NCBI RefSeq assembly: GCF_964355755.1
Contig: NC_092670.1
Span: 30,616,388 to 30,680,387, forward strand
Reading direction: 5' to 3'
From: Antedon mediterranea
Lineage: Eukaryota; Animalia; Echinodermata
Length of the DNA: 64,000 bases
Position numbers and translations under genes: made by a program. The notes under the pieces were generated by a model, which saw only the letters and a list, made by a program, of their open reading frames with translations, ran no database searches and had not been told where the DNA came from. This document shows positions 24,202 through 36,333 of the stretch, in pieces (the stretch's first letter is position 1; the number at the start of each line of letters is the position of its first letter).

Positions 24202-27200
24202 CTAGATGGCACGCTCGCTTCGCTCGCGTACCATCTAGGGGTGCTCACAGATGGTTCTCGAATACAGTAGAATCCACGGACGGGGACTTTTTTGGGACAC
24301 TAAACAAAAACGGAAGTGTCCCCCTAATTGGGGTATTCAGAAATAGAGACAACAAAACCAATACTGGATTCCATAAAGGACAATTAATTTATGTGGATTA
24401 AAGAAATTAGGGAGAAATGGAAATGTATGTACGGGAATTGGGCGGCACGTGGTGGTGGTGATGGAACCGCAGTAATAAAGTTGATTATATTGATATATTA
24501 AAAGAACCAAACTAAATAAATAGACCTAGACATTCTGCGAAATGGAAATCGGAAATTCAAGCTCCTATTCAGTGAAAAATTAAACTGTAGTCTACCTAAA
24601 TATTTAGGGCAAATCATCGGTTGTGGTGTTGAAATTCCGGTAAACATTTGTGTGAACCAAACTGGGTCGAATTTCTGTCATGAGTACTGATTTGTTGGCC
24701 TGTGATTTATGACGCCTAAGGGATCTATCTAGACTTATTTTTTAGAATAATGTACGTACCTGTCAGATACAATTGTCTTGTGTCGTATAATAAATAAGTA
24801 CTGTAATAGTTACTGAAGTTACTATTACAATCTCGTCAATGAAAACACGAAAATGTATATGCACTTACTTATGAAAACGTATACAGTATTATACTCAGTT
24901 ATTGAAACAGTAGGTTTAAAAAAGTTTCGTTTGTCTGTAAAATGATGTAATCAAGCTGTTTACATGAGTCTTAATTTATAAGCACATCAATAATAAAATA
25001 GTTTATCTATCCTGTAATTGGCGAGATTATGGTCGCTGTTGAATGAAATAAAGCCAATCGGTATCATATTTGTACAGAAACGTTTTCGCGGCCGAAGGGT
25101 GTAACCTAAATTCGTTGTATTATCGTCAAGAACTAACTGTAACTAAACTTACATAGAAAGTAGGGTATCATAAATTTGGCCTTAGCACTCGGGGGAGTGG
25201 CTAAGATGAAGTCCGTGGGACTACTAAATATAAATTGTAATGAACCTCGAGGGACATAAATAGGAATATTTCATGTTTCATTATCAATGTATAATAAATG
25301 GAAACTGTTTACCGATTCAAATAATAGAAATTGGTTTTTAACATTTTCCGAACCTATTGCAAGTTTATTCTCAAAGGGCCCATATATTTACCTACCGTAT
25401 GTGTTAAACCAAGGGCTCATAAATTTACCTACAGTACTTGTGTTAAACCAAACTCTGGCAGACTGAGAGATTGGGATGTTCCATTCATCGCAAATCAATA
25501 CATTTGTATAATCGTATATTAAATCTATCAAAATAGTATTTTTTAAAGAAAATCGGCCTGTCTTCAACATTATGATGGTGTACTCTAGCAATCTATCAAA
25601 ATAGTATTTTTTAAAGAAAATCGGCCTGTCTTCAACATTATGATGGTGTACTCTAGCTGTTCAACCGGTTTTCAGCTATTAAAAACAATTATCTTAGGAG
25701 GAGATAGGAAAATGCGAAGCCTCCTCGCTATGTAACATTAGGGTTGAGGGATGGGAAAGCGGATAGGTACAAAGAGGAACAATTTTTAAATATATTCTTT
25801 ATCCACTGAGTAACGAAATATTTTGTTCATGTTTTATAGGCCTATAAATAATATACCTCTAAATACAGTAGGCCTAAAACATTTGCGATTTAATACTTTT
25901 TTTTTTTTTCTCTTTTGTGGCGTTAACCACTATTTATTCATTTCATTTCATCAACAGATTAATACAATTATTTCTAATAATAATAATAACTATTCATTGT
26001 TATTCTTACTTTTGTTTGGTTTGGTGTATTTATATATATATATATATATTTTTTTATTTTTATTTTATCAACGTTACTGTTCTTGGAATCAGAGCATTAT
26101 TTCTTTTCTGTTATCCACTTTTTTCATAATTTTCTAGTATTTTTTTTGTTCTATAATTCTCAACATCTAACATTGTGAACACTTAACTAATAAATGTACT
26201 GTATGAGATACATTTACTAATGTTGTATAGTTATTTTCGGTAGTATTTTTGACATACAATTCATTTATACCCTATATACAGATTATATACATTATTTTAA
26301 AATACGAATAAAAAAAACAAAAACAAAAATATTAAAAATGCTTTTCTTACTCCTGTGTCTAGTTTTATGTCTCATGGTTATATTTGTTTGCTTATCTTCT
26401 CGTGCGTTACTTATGTTGCGTTACGTTTCTTTTTTGTTTTCAATATTAATTTATACAATTTTTTTTTTTTTTATTTATATTTCATATAAGGTAAAATGAA
26501 ACTGCCTATGTGTATTATACAACATTATTATGTAATATATTTTAAATAATCAGATTCACATCAATATAAATTATAATAGGTGGTTAAGGTAAGATCTTTT
26601 GTTTTTTTCCGCCATAAAAAGACGAGACAATGATCCGGTCCATTTGTTTACATTTTTCAAAGTATGTGCCTTGTAAACGCTGAAGCATCCAATAGAGAAC
26701 ATGTGGTCTACATATTTGTTTCCTGTACCTAGTACAATGTTTCGATAATTTGCCTCGATCCCAAATTTGTGCATGGTGTAAACGTTAATATATTCCCATA
26801 AGGGTTTTACTTCAGTGCATTCATAAAAGAAATGGGCATCATCCTCTACTACGTTGCATTGTAGGCAAGTATCTGTGTTGCTTATTTTCCATTTTAACAG
26901 CCTTCTTTTGGTAGGTGTTATACAATGCAATAGTTTGATGTTCAACTGTTTAAGTTTATTATCTTTAATATCTTTAATTTTTCTTTTCCATGTTACAGAC
27001 CAATCGTTCTCCATGTTAAAATATGTTTCCCATTTTGTTTTACTTTTGGATGGTTCTAGACATTTTTCCTTAATAAAGAAAGAACATATTTGTTTGCTAC
27101 TCATATTCAAACATCGAACGTGTGTTGTTTTTGAGTGCTTTTGGTTTTTATCCCTTAAAAAGATTTTCTCTTTCCATTCTTTTGGAATTGCGTTTAATAC

Positions 27201-28186
27201 AATTTGCCATTCAGCAATCCAGTTTGATTTATACCTAAGCATATCTAGTAATTCATTTGCGTTAATGAACCTATTCTCAATTACAATATCCTTAATATTT
27301 CGCACACCTGACCTTACCCAGTTTAATACTTTGTTAAAACTGTCACTGTCATAATCGATTGAAATATTAAAGTACATGTCACGATACACCACTACGACGT
27401 TTATATTTTTGGTAATTATTAATTAATACAAACGTTGAGAAGGAACTGTCAGTATAAAGTTTATTTGTATATCTAACAGTAGAGCCTATCCACAGTCTCA
27501 GTAATAAAGTTTATTTGTATATATTTTTATATTACATCTAACAGTACGAACATTCACAGTAAGAAATGTTCGATTCAAATGAAAAATAGTTAATAGGTAT
27601 TTACAGTATTGTCAAAGTATTGCAAGTTTATTCTCAAAGGGCCCATATATTTACCTACCGTATGTGTTAAACCAAGGGCTCATAAATTTACCTACAGTAC
27701 CAAACTCTGGCAGACTGAGAGATTGGGATGTTCCATTCATCGCAAATCAATACATTTGTATAATCGTATATTAAATCTATCAAAATAGTATTTTTTAAAG
27801 AAAATCGGCCTGTCTTCAACATTATGATGGTGTACTCTAGCCGTTCAACCGGTTTTCAGCTATTAAAAGCAATTATCGTAGGAGGAGATAGAAAAATGCG
27901 AAGCCTCCTCGCATTTTTTTGGCGGGTATTTTTCAAGATGGACATCCATTAGACAGTGTATACCACGATCGGAAAACACCCCTATTTGGGGCAAATCGTT
28001 GAACCTAAATTCGTTTTAATCGTCAATAACTAATTATCTAACTCAATTTAATTAGTAAACAGGGTTACATCAGGCGGTTAAAATCAGTACCGAAAGTACG
28101 AACCAACTTTACATACCATCGAGTGAAAATTCTAGAAGTAAGGCGCGATTTACCGAATTTTGCCCTTACGTAAATTTATATATAGA
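24202..28186 (-). mobile_element. Non-autonomous Helitron, copy H1
   Basis: On the minus strand it begins TCTATATATAAA and ends in the hairpin GCGAGCGAAGCGAGC..CCATCTAG. It sits between A and T with no TSD and is near-identical to 30015-33269. Confidence 0.9.
25900..27321 (-). mobile_element. 5'-truncated Tx1/L1-clade LINE inserted in Helitron H1
   Basis: ORF 26571-27392 has zf-RVT-like CLQCNVVEDDAHFFYEC. Poly(A) at 25900-25909, TSD AAAGTATTAAA on both sides, and the empty site is visible in H2 near 30873-30883. Confidence 0.92.
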
Positions 28187-28522
28187 TGACACAATCATAC
28201 TACAACACACTACAGTACACAAGGGTGTTTTCAGGAAAGCTGGACATATTGGAACTATGTATTGGCATATATATGCAAAAGACAGTGTTGATTGCTGACA
28301 AATTGTAGTTACAAACAAACAGATGACAAATTGTGTAATCGTGTCTCATATAGTGTCTCAGGATAATGATGTATCATTGTTTTATATCATTATACTGGCA
28401 CATGGAGAGGATTCGTTAAATGGAGCCTGTGACAGTGTCACTTTTATTCTAAAAGACAGAAACATTTTAAATAAACGCTCACCCCTCCCTTCGATTTAAA
28501 CGCCCCGCCACATGCATATACA

Positions 28523-28630
28523 CAACAAGGCCACATACATGGCTGCAGTCGCGTGCTCAAATTTTAGTTAGTGTTTACCGACCAACCGACCGACATAGTG
28601 AGCTGTAGAGTTGCGTTGCACGCGACTAAT
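28523..28630 (-). mobile_element. Short HINE copy
   Basis: CAACAAGGCC..GCAGTCGCGTG..(GACC)n..CACGCGACTAA. Confidence 0.7.
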
Positions 28631-30014
28631 AATTGTATCACAACACATTTCAATGACTACCATAATCTACAATTTACCAAGCATTTTTGTATCACTTTTT
28701 GATAATAATTGTGCTGTATTTTTTTTTCTGCTGTAGGTAGTATTTATCTGATTATACATACCATATTACACCAATAAAAAACGAAAAAAAAACTTCTGAA
28801 CAATAAATGCCCGGGGCGTTTATTAGGATGAATTCAGTAAGTTACTTTAGCATTCTGAAAAGAATTCTGTTGGGCTCGACGTTTCTATCAAAATGTTTGA
28901 TCATCCTCGGGGTCAAAAATACTTTCTAGCATTATTATAAGCAAAAATACAATTACAAACAGTAAAGGATTTGTTTTAAATCGTATAATGAAACAATTTA
29001 AAGCATAAGTTATTGCAAAACATTACTGTCCAAGGATAAGTTGTGTAGAGATATGTTATTTGTTTGAAACAATAACATTATTCATTAATAGTATTTCTGG
29101 TCATCTTTTAACCAAATTTTCTATTAGAATGAATGTAAATATGTATATTTCGAACAATTTGATACCAAATTTAAGTTTCTACAACCAGTACTTACAGAGA
29201 TATGAAGATGCCCTGTAAGAATAAGTTGTGTAGAGGTATGTATTTTGTTTGAAACATTTAGTAATTAATAATATTTCTGATCATCTTTTCACCAAATTTT
29301 CTGTTAGAATGAATGTAAATATGTATATTTCCAACAATTTGATACCAAATTTAAGTTTCTATGACCAGTACTTACAGAGATATGAAAATGCCCTGGTATG
29401 TGGGTCAAAGATCAGAAAGGGCATTTCTGATCATTTTTTACTAAAATGCCCCATTAGACTGAATATGAATGCATACCTTCTGAACATTTTGAGACCAACA
29501 TTGACTTGCTGCGACCAGTGGTAGCCAAGATACAAGTAGCTATTTATATTTCTTCATATAACCCTTGACCCTGACTCTTTGACCTTTTGTAACATTTTTC
29601 AAAATGTGTAACAAATAACAAAATCTATATTTCGAACAGTTTAAGACCAAATTGAAGTGTCTACGACCAGTAGTTACGGAGATACATACATGCCCTGGGT
29701 TGTGGGTCAAAGGTCAGAAATGGCATTTCCGGTCATTTTTTTACTAAAATGTCCCATTAGACTGAATATAAATGTATACCTTTTGATCAATTTGAGACCA
29801 AAATTACCTTGCTGTGACCAGTGGTTGTCGAGATTTAAGGACGTGTTGGTGTTTGGTGTTATAACTTTCACCCTGACCTTTTGACCTTTCGCCACATTTT
29901 CAAAATGTGTAACCAAGCCAAAATTGATTGTTTGACCACCCTAAACCAATTTCTGAAGTCAAATTCTCTGGACCTCAAAGTGCATACGAAAGTTGATCTA
30001 GCTACTAGAGTAAA

Positions 30015-33000
30015 TCTATATATAAATTTACGTAAGGGCAAAATTCGGTAAATCGCGCCTTACTTCTAGAATTTTCACTCGATGGTATGTAAAGTTGGTT
30101 CGTACTTTCGGTACTGATTTTAACCGCCTGATGTAACCCTGTTTACTAATTAAATTGAGTTAGATAATTAGTTATTGACGATTAAAACGAATTTAGGTTC
30201 AACGATTTGCCCCAAATAGGGGTGTTTTCCGATCGTGGTATACACTGTCTAATGGATGTCCATCTTGAAAAATACCCGCCAAAAAAATGCGAGGAGGCTT
30301 CGCATTTTTCTATCTCCTCCTACGATAATTGTTTTTAATAGCTGAAAACCGGTTGAACAGCTAGAGTACACCATCATAATGTTGAAGACAGGCCGATTTT
30401 CTTTAAAAAATACTATTTTGATAGATTTAATATACGATTATACAAATGTATTGATTTGCGATGAATGGAACATCCCAATCTCTCAGTCTGCCAGAGTTTG
30501 GTTTAACACAAGTACTGTAGGTAAATTTATGAGCCCTTGGTTTAACACATACGGTAGGTAAATATATGGGCCCTTTGAGAATAAACTTGCAATACTTTGA
30601 CAATACTGTAAATACCTATTAACTATTTTTCATTTGAATCGAACATTTCTTACTGTGAATGTTCGTACTGTTAGATGTAATATAAAAATATATACAAATA
30701 AACTTTATTACTGAGACTGTGGATAGGCTCTACTGTTAGATATACAAATAAACTTTATACTGACAGTTCCTTCTCAACGTTTGTATTAATTAATAATTAC
30801 CAAAAATATAAACGTCGTAGTGGTGTATCGTGACATGTACTTTAATATTTCAATCGAAGTGACAGTTTTAACAAAGTATTAAATCGCAAATGTTTTAGGC
30901 CTACTGTATTTAGAGGTATATTATTTATAGGCCTATAAAACATGAACAAAATATTTCGTTACTCAGTGGATAAAGAATATATTTAAAAATTGTTCCTCTT
31001 TGTACCTATCCGCTTTCCCATCCCTCAACCCTAATGTTACATAGCGAGGAGGCTTCGCATTTTCCTATCTCCTCCTACGATAATTGTTTTAATAGCTGAA
31101 AACCGGTAAAACAGCTAGAGTACACCATCATAATGTTGAAGACAGGCCGATTTTCTTTAAAAAATACTATTTTGATAGATTGCTAGAGTACACCATCATA
31201 ATGTTGAAGACAGGCCGATTTTCTTTAAAAAATACTATTTTGATAGATTTAATATACGATTATACAAATGTATTGATTTGCGATGAATGGAACATCCCAA
31301 TCTCTCAGTCTGCCAGAGTTTGGTTTAACACAAGTACTGTAGGTAAATTTATGAGCCCTTGGTTTAACACATACGGTAGGTAAATATATGGGCCCTTTGA
31401 GAATAAACTTGCAATAGGTTCGGAAAATGTTAAAAACCAATTTCTATTATTTGAATCGGTAAACAGTTTCCATTTATTATACATTGATAATGAAACATGA
31501 AATATTCCTATTTATGTCCCTCGAGGTTCATTACAATTTATATTTAGTAGTCCCACGGACTTCATCTCCACTCCCCCGAGTGCTAAGGCCAAATTTATGA
31601 TACCCTACTTTCTCTGTAAGTTTATGTGCTTATAAATTAAGACTCATGTAAACAGCTTGATTACATCATTTTACAGACAAACGAAACTTTTTTAAACCTA
31701 CTGTTTCAATAACTGAGTATAATACTGTATACGTTTTCATAAGTAAGCGCATATACATTTTCGTGTTTTCATTGACGAGATTGTAATAGTAACTTCAGTA
31801 ACTATTACAGTACTTATTTATTATACGACACAAGACAATTGTATCATAGGCCCCGTTTCTGCTGCCAAAAATATACCGTATATATACGGTATATTTTATA
31901 TACGGTATATTTTTTGGCAGCAGAAATGGGTCTCATAAAAAATATACCGTATATATATGCGGTATATATACCGCATAAATATCCCCATCGTTTGTGGATA
32001 TTATACGGTATATTCCAAAATATACCGTATATTTCGTACCCCGTTTCTGCTGCACTCAAAATATACCGTATATGTGACCCGGCCCATGACACGAGGTCAA
32101 AAACTAACAGAGCGTGACGCGTTTGTTTGGTTTTTCTGCTGCATTGACACACACGTGTATAATAAGCAAGCAACAGATCAAAATATCACTGTGGACTGAA
32201 GAAATAACTATTTTTGCAATTCGATTGTGGGGAGAAGCGAAGGTTGGGGGGAGACTACATGGCAACAGAAGAGATACCGAGATTTACAATAGTATCTCAA
32301 ACAAAATAAAAGCAGAATTTGTGGTAGACTTAATAACGCCAAAGTTATCGGCAAACGCCGTCGTCTTCTTTGCATAAATGTAGTCAATGCCCATTCTACA
32401 TTTCTAGATTGTTTGTGCGATGTAAATTCGGTGCCACTTCTGATCATTAGATTTAAAATAGAAAGCAATGCTAAGACGTTTTGAGAAACCATCATTGTTT
32501 TGTTTTTGTCATGTAACCTCACTACACGAGACTCTAGGTCAATCCATACTTCCGTCTCACAAAATGCATTTTGGGTATATGAAAGCCAACTTTTTTTACA
32601 GCCCACCCACGAAGTATGTGCAGCGGAAACGGTGCACGAATTTCATATACGGTATATTTATACGGTATATTTATACGGTATATTTGGGATTGGCAGCAGA
32701 AACAGGGCCTGACAGGTACGTACATTATTCTAAAAAATAAGTCTAGATATATCCCTTAGGCGTCATAAATCACAGGCCAACAAATCAGTACTCATGACAG
32801 AAATTCGACCCAGTTTGGTTCACACAAATGTTTGAATTTCAACACCACAACCGATGATTTGCCCTAAATATTTAGGTAGACTACAGTTTAATTTTTCACT
32901 GAATAGGAGCTTGCATTTCCGATTTCCATTTCGCAGAATGTCTAGGTCTATTTATTTAGTTTGGTTCTTATAATATATAAATACAATCAACTTTATTACT

Positions 33001-33269
33001 GCGGTTCCATCACCACCACCACGTGCCGCCCAATTCCCGTACATACATTTCCATTTCTCCCTAATTTCTTTAATCCACATAAATTAATTGTCCTTTATGG
33101 AATCCAGTATTGGTTTTGTTGTCTCTATTTCTGAATACCCCAATTAGGGGGACACTTCTGTTTTTGTTTAGTGTCCCAAAAAAGTCCCCGTCCGTGGATT
33201 CTACTGTATTCGAGAACCATCTGTGAGCACCCCTAGATGGTACGCGAGCGAAGCGAGCGTGCCATCTAG
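30015..33269 (+). mobile_element. Non-autonomous Helitron, copy H2
   Basis: A|TCTATATATAAA ... CTAGATGGTACGCGAGCGAAGCGAGCGTGCCATCTAG|T. Internal ~300-bp duplication at 30290-30595 and 31045-31415. Confidence 0.9.
31849..32709 (+). mobile_element. PIF/Harbinger deletion derivative with Myb/SANT-like ORF remnant, inserted in H2
   Basis: TIR GGCCC(C/T)GTTTCTGCTGCCAA with ATATACCGTATA subterminal repeats. ORF 32114-32377 reads LWTEEITIFAIRLWGE..LHGNRRDTEIYNSIS. The element is absent from H1 at ~24762. Confidence 0.8.
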
Positions 33270-33726
33270 TACAATCAAATTAAGCTTGGAGGGTTTTTTT
33301 TATTGTCATTTAAGAAGCATTTTACACAGCATTTTGTTGTGAATTATGAAGGTCAGCATTACTTTTATCAGCTTCTAGCACCCTTTGTATTACCAAGTAG
33401 TAGAGACAGTCGTGACAATACGTTTATCATCCGCTGAATACAATGTTTCATGGTCTGCTGCTTACGAGTTATGTATACTGACGTATCTATATTAGAAAAA
33501 GGGGATTATCTAAAAAATGCTACTATTAAATAATGGTCAGCATAACGAACCATTATCTGCTGTTTGAGAGAATACAGTCAATACACAGTACAACTGTATA
33601 TGTTTGTTTTTACTTTTTTCCTTTCAGTAATGGATTTAAACAACAACTAATGCATAGAATCATATTTTGATAAAAGTCTGCAAGAAATCTTAATTTTAAC
33701 GTATTTGAAAAAGGAAGAGCTTAATC

Positions 33727-33952
33727 ATGAGTCTAACTAATGATCAGTCCTCACCATGGCCCGTGAATGTGGATCATCTTGACGACAATGATAAGATTGC
33801 CATTGTAGGCATTGGATGCAGATACGGCGACGATGTTGCAGGACCACAAGAAATGTGGAGGATTTTGAAGGAGATGAAAGACAGTACAGCATCTCATTCT
33901 ACTGAGCGATTTGACAAATCTAGTCTATTTTGCCATGACAAAACTAGGAAAG
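33727..33952 (+). CDS. PKS-like gene coding exon 1 (KS N-terminus)
   Basis: DKIAIVGIGCRY..EMWRIL..ERFD. Phase-1 donor AAAG|GTAAAC. An upstream acceptor TTTCAG at 33627 suggests a non-coding 5' exon. Confidence 0.88.
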
Positions 33953-34624
33953 GTAAACTGTAAGGCCTATACAACAGTTGTGATAAATTAAATGAAAAGC
34001 CATCCGTTAATGTTTAATATTCATTAACTTTGTCTCACAACTAGACAATCTGGAAAACTTTATTTGAGAATTTGCCAGTAGGATTAATGTATATTTTTTA
34101 AATGTCATTTTCAAAGCGACAGGCAAAAGGAATCATCACTTTAAGCATGGTTACAGAATTGTTATTTTTATAGAAATCACAGTAGTGTTGGTGTAGGTTA
34201 TTTTGGACATAGGCCTACATACATTTTACTTACTTCTTACAACAGCTCCCAGGTGATGTTACTCCTATATGTCTCCAGATCTCCTCATTTCTTTTTTTGT
34301 CAAATCTGGTGTTATTGCCGAGGGGTCTTATTTCTTAGGCTTGAACCCCTACTCCAATCTGTTGTTGTTATTGCCTATGTTTCTGTACCATAAATGAATG
34401 CAAGAGAGAGGACTGTATAAAAGATTATTGCTGGGTTTTCTTGGCTACATGTTTGTTTTTTAGAATGAAATTAATACAGAGCGCCAACATTCTCACTGAA
34501 TGTCCCAATTCTATCTGTTATATCCACCTTATCTCATGATGATGCTTCCTAAATAGTTTGCCATCTCTACACTTTTACAGTTTATGCATTGATGGTGATG
34601 TCGAATTTTTCTTCTTTCTCCTTA

Positions 34625-35464
34625 AGCCCCTTTCTCACAGATGTGTCTGCAATATACCGGTACAGTGCTGGCGTCGTGCCGGTATCGTTACCGGCATATA
34701 CCCATTCTCATCGGACTATCGTGCCGGAAATATAACGATATATACCGGCTTTCTGTGAGAAAGGAGTCGGGCATATTCGGCCAATAAAAAGTCTCTGACA
34801 AAATAATTATTGAGGGCGTCATTTATTGTTATTATTTTTGTCTAGGGATATATGGCGGCGAATGTTAGGTTACAGATTATTATCTTCCTTTATAGAATAT
34901 TTATGCAATACATGCTATGTACAGTATATTGTGCATATATTATACAGGTACAGCAATTAATTAGCCGTCAATCGGCAATCTGTAAAACACCTTAGAAGGC
35001 TGTACAATTTACAAGGCGACGAAGGGTCAGGCTAGTTAGGCACCAACAAAGAGCTACTAGCCTATAAGTATATGGCCTAGACCTAGGCCTGCTATAGATT
35101 ATGCTACAAATTTATTCTTGTCCCCTTATTTTAAGCAGCTCCCTTATCTCATTATCCCTCCAGTTCGACATTATTATTGTTAATTGAATTGAATCTGCGC
35201 CAAAGTGATACACTTGACCGCGCAAGGTGTCTGAAGCCTCGACAGGGAACCCCGGAATATAACGGCGTTACGTTCTCACAGAATGCCCGTCTGGCATTGC
35301 GGGGAATATCCCTAGAATATTACTAGGTCTAAAGCAGGTCATGTCGATACCGGTATGGTGCCGGCATGATGCCAAGACGACCCGTTCTCACAGAAAACCA
35401 TACCGGCATGGTAATGGTATATTCCCGCAATATTCCTGGCACTCAGCTCTGTGAGAAAGGGGCT
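34625..35464. mobile_element. Harbinger-like MITE
   Basis: TIR AGCCCCTTTCTCACAGA with flanks TTA / CTA. Confidence 0.8.
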
Positions 35465-36333
35465 CTATTGACACATTTCAGTATTTGAGACGTTTAGCGT
35501 CATGCCTGGTCTTTTGAAGCATTCGTTCCAATGATGTATTCCTCTCTCAGGATCTTCTCTTTTGGCTGTGTAGTATGAGATGTCGTCTTTATATGCCATA
35601 ATGAGACTCGTGTTCGTACACTTCCCCGTTGTACCCAGTTTCTACATTGAACCATTTCTTGTTTTCAAAACGCGTCCTAATCTTACAGGCATGCACTCTA
35701 CATGCATTTCAAAGCTCTTCCTAATTGCCCGGTGATACCATTTTCATAAGTATTGCATATATATGTCGAAATCTCTTCCATTGGTATGGAATCGAAAGCT
35801 TTGCTTAAATCGATGAAAGCAAAATAAGCAGGGTTGTTTAATTCACATAACTTTTCCACCAGGGATATCAGGTCAGTGGATGATATGTTCTTTCTATAAC
35901 CATGTTCTTATAGGCCCATCTGGGGTGGATTGCTATAAAACAGTCTTTACTGATGGTCTTAACTCCCTGATTAAAGCGGGCTTTATCAGATAAACGGTCT
36001 TACTAAAGCCAACCCCTGTTAGACCATTGCTATAAAACAGTCTTAGATAAGACCGCGTAAAGTAAACGATTGAGGTAATGTTCGTCACGCTTGTTCAATT
36101 CACAATCATAACAGTACGTACATTTCTACGTGAGAAAATCTATTCCAGGCCTATATAAGAATCAAATCACCGTTATTATTTAATTTAACAATTAAAACTC
36201 GTTAAATTGGTTGTCTTTCACGATCAATAATACGTAGGCCTATAAGCAACAAAAAGATAGGTTTAAGACTTTTTTAAGACTCCTTTGAGTAGGCTTTAAT
36301 TTTAAAGACCGTTTACAGGTTATACCGTGGTAT

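Larger units (their letters stand above)
22657..30010. mobile_element. Foldback-like TIR element with ~1-kb internally repetitive arms
   Basis: 22657-~23660 is a diverged reverse complement of ~28790-30010. Termini TA|CTCTAGTAGCTAGATC..GATCTAGCTACTAGAG|TA. Arms contain ~300-bp tandem subunits. Confidence 0.75.

Noticed and set aside
24202-33269. One giant TIR transposon or an assembly inversion artefact
   Set aside because: Each half has its own Helitron 5' TC and 3' hairpin-CTAG ends, different flanks and private insertions.
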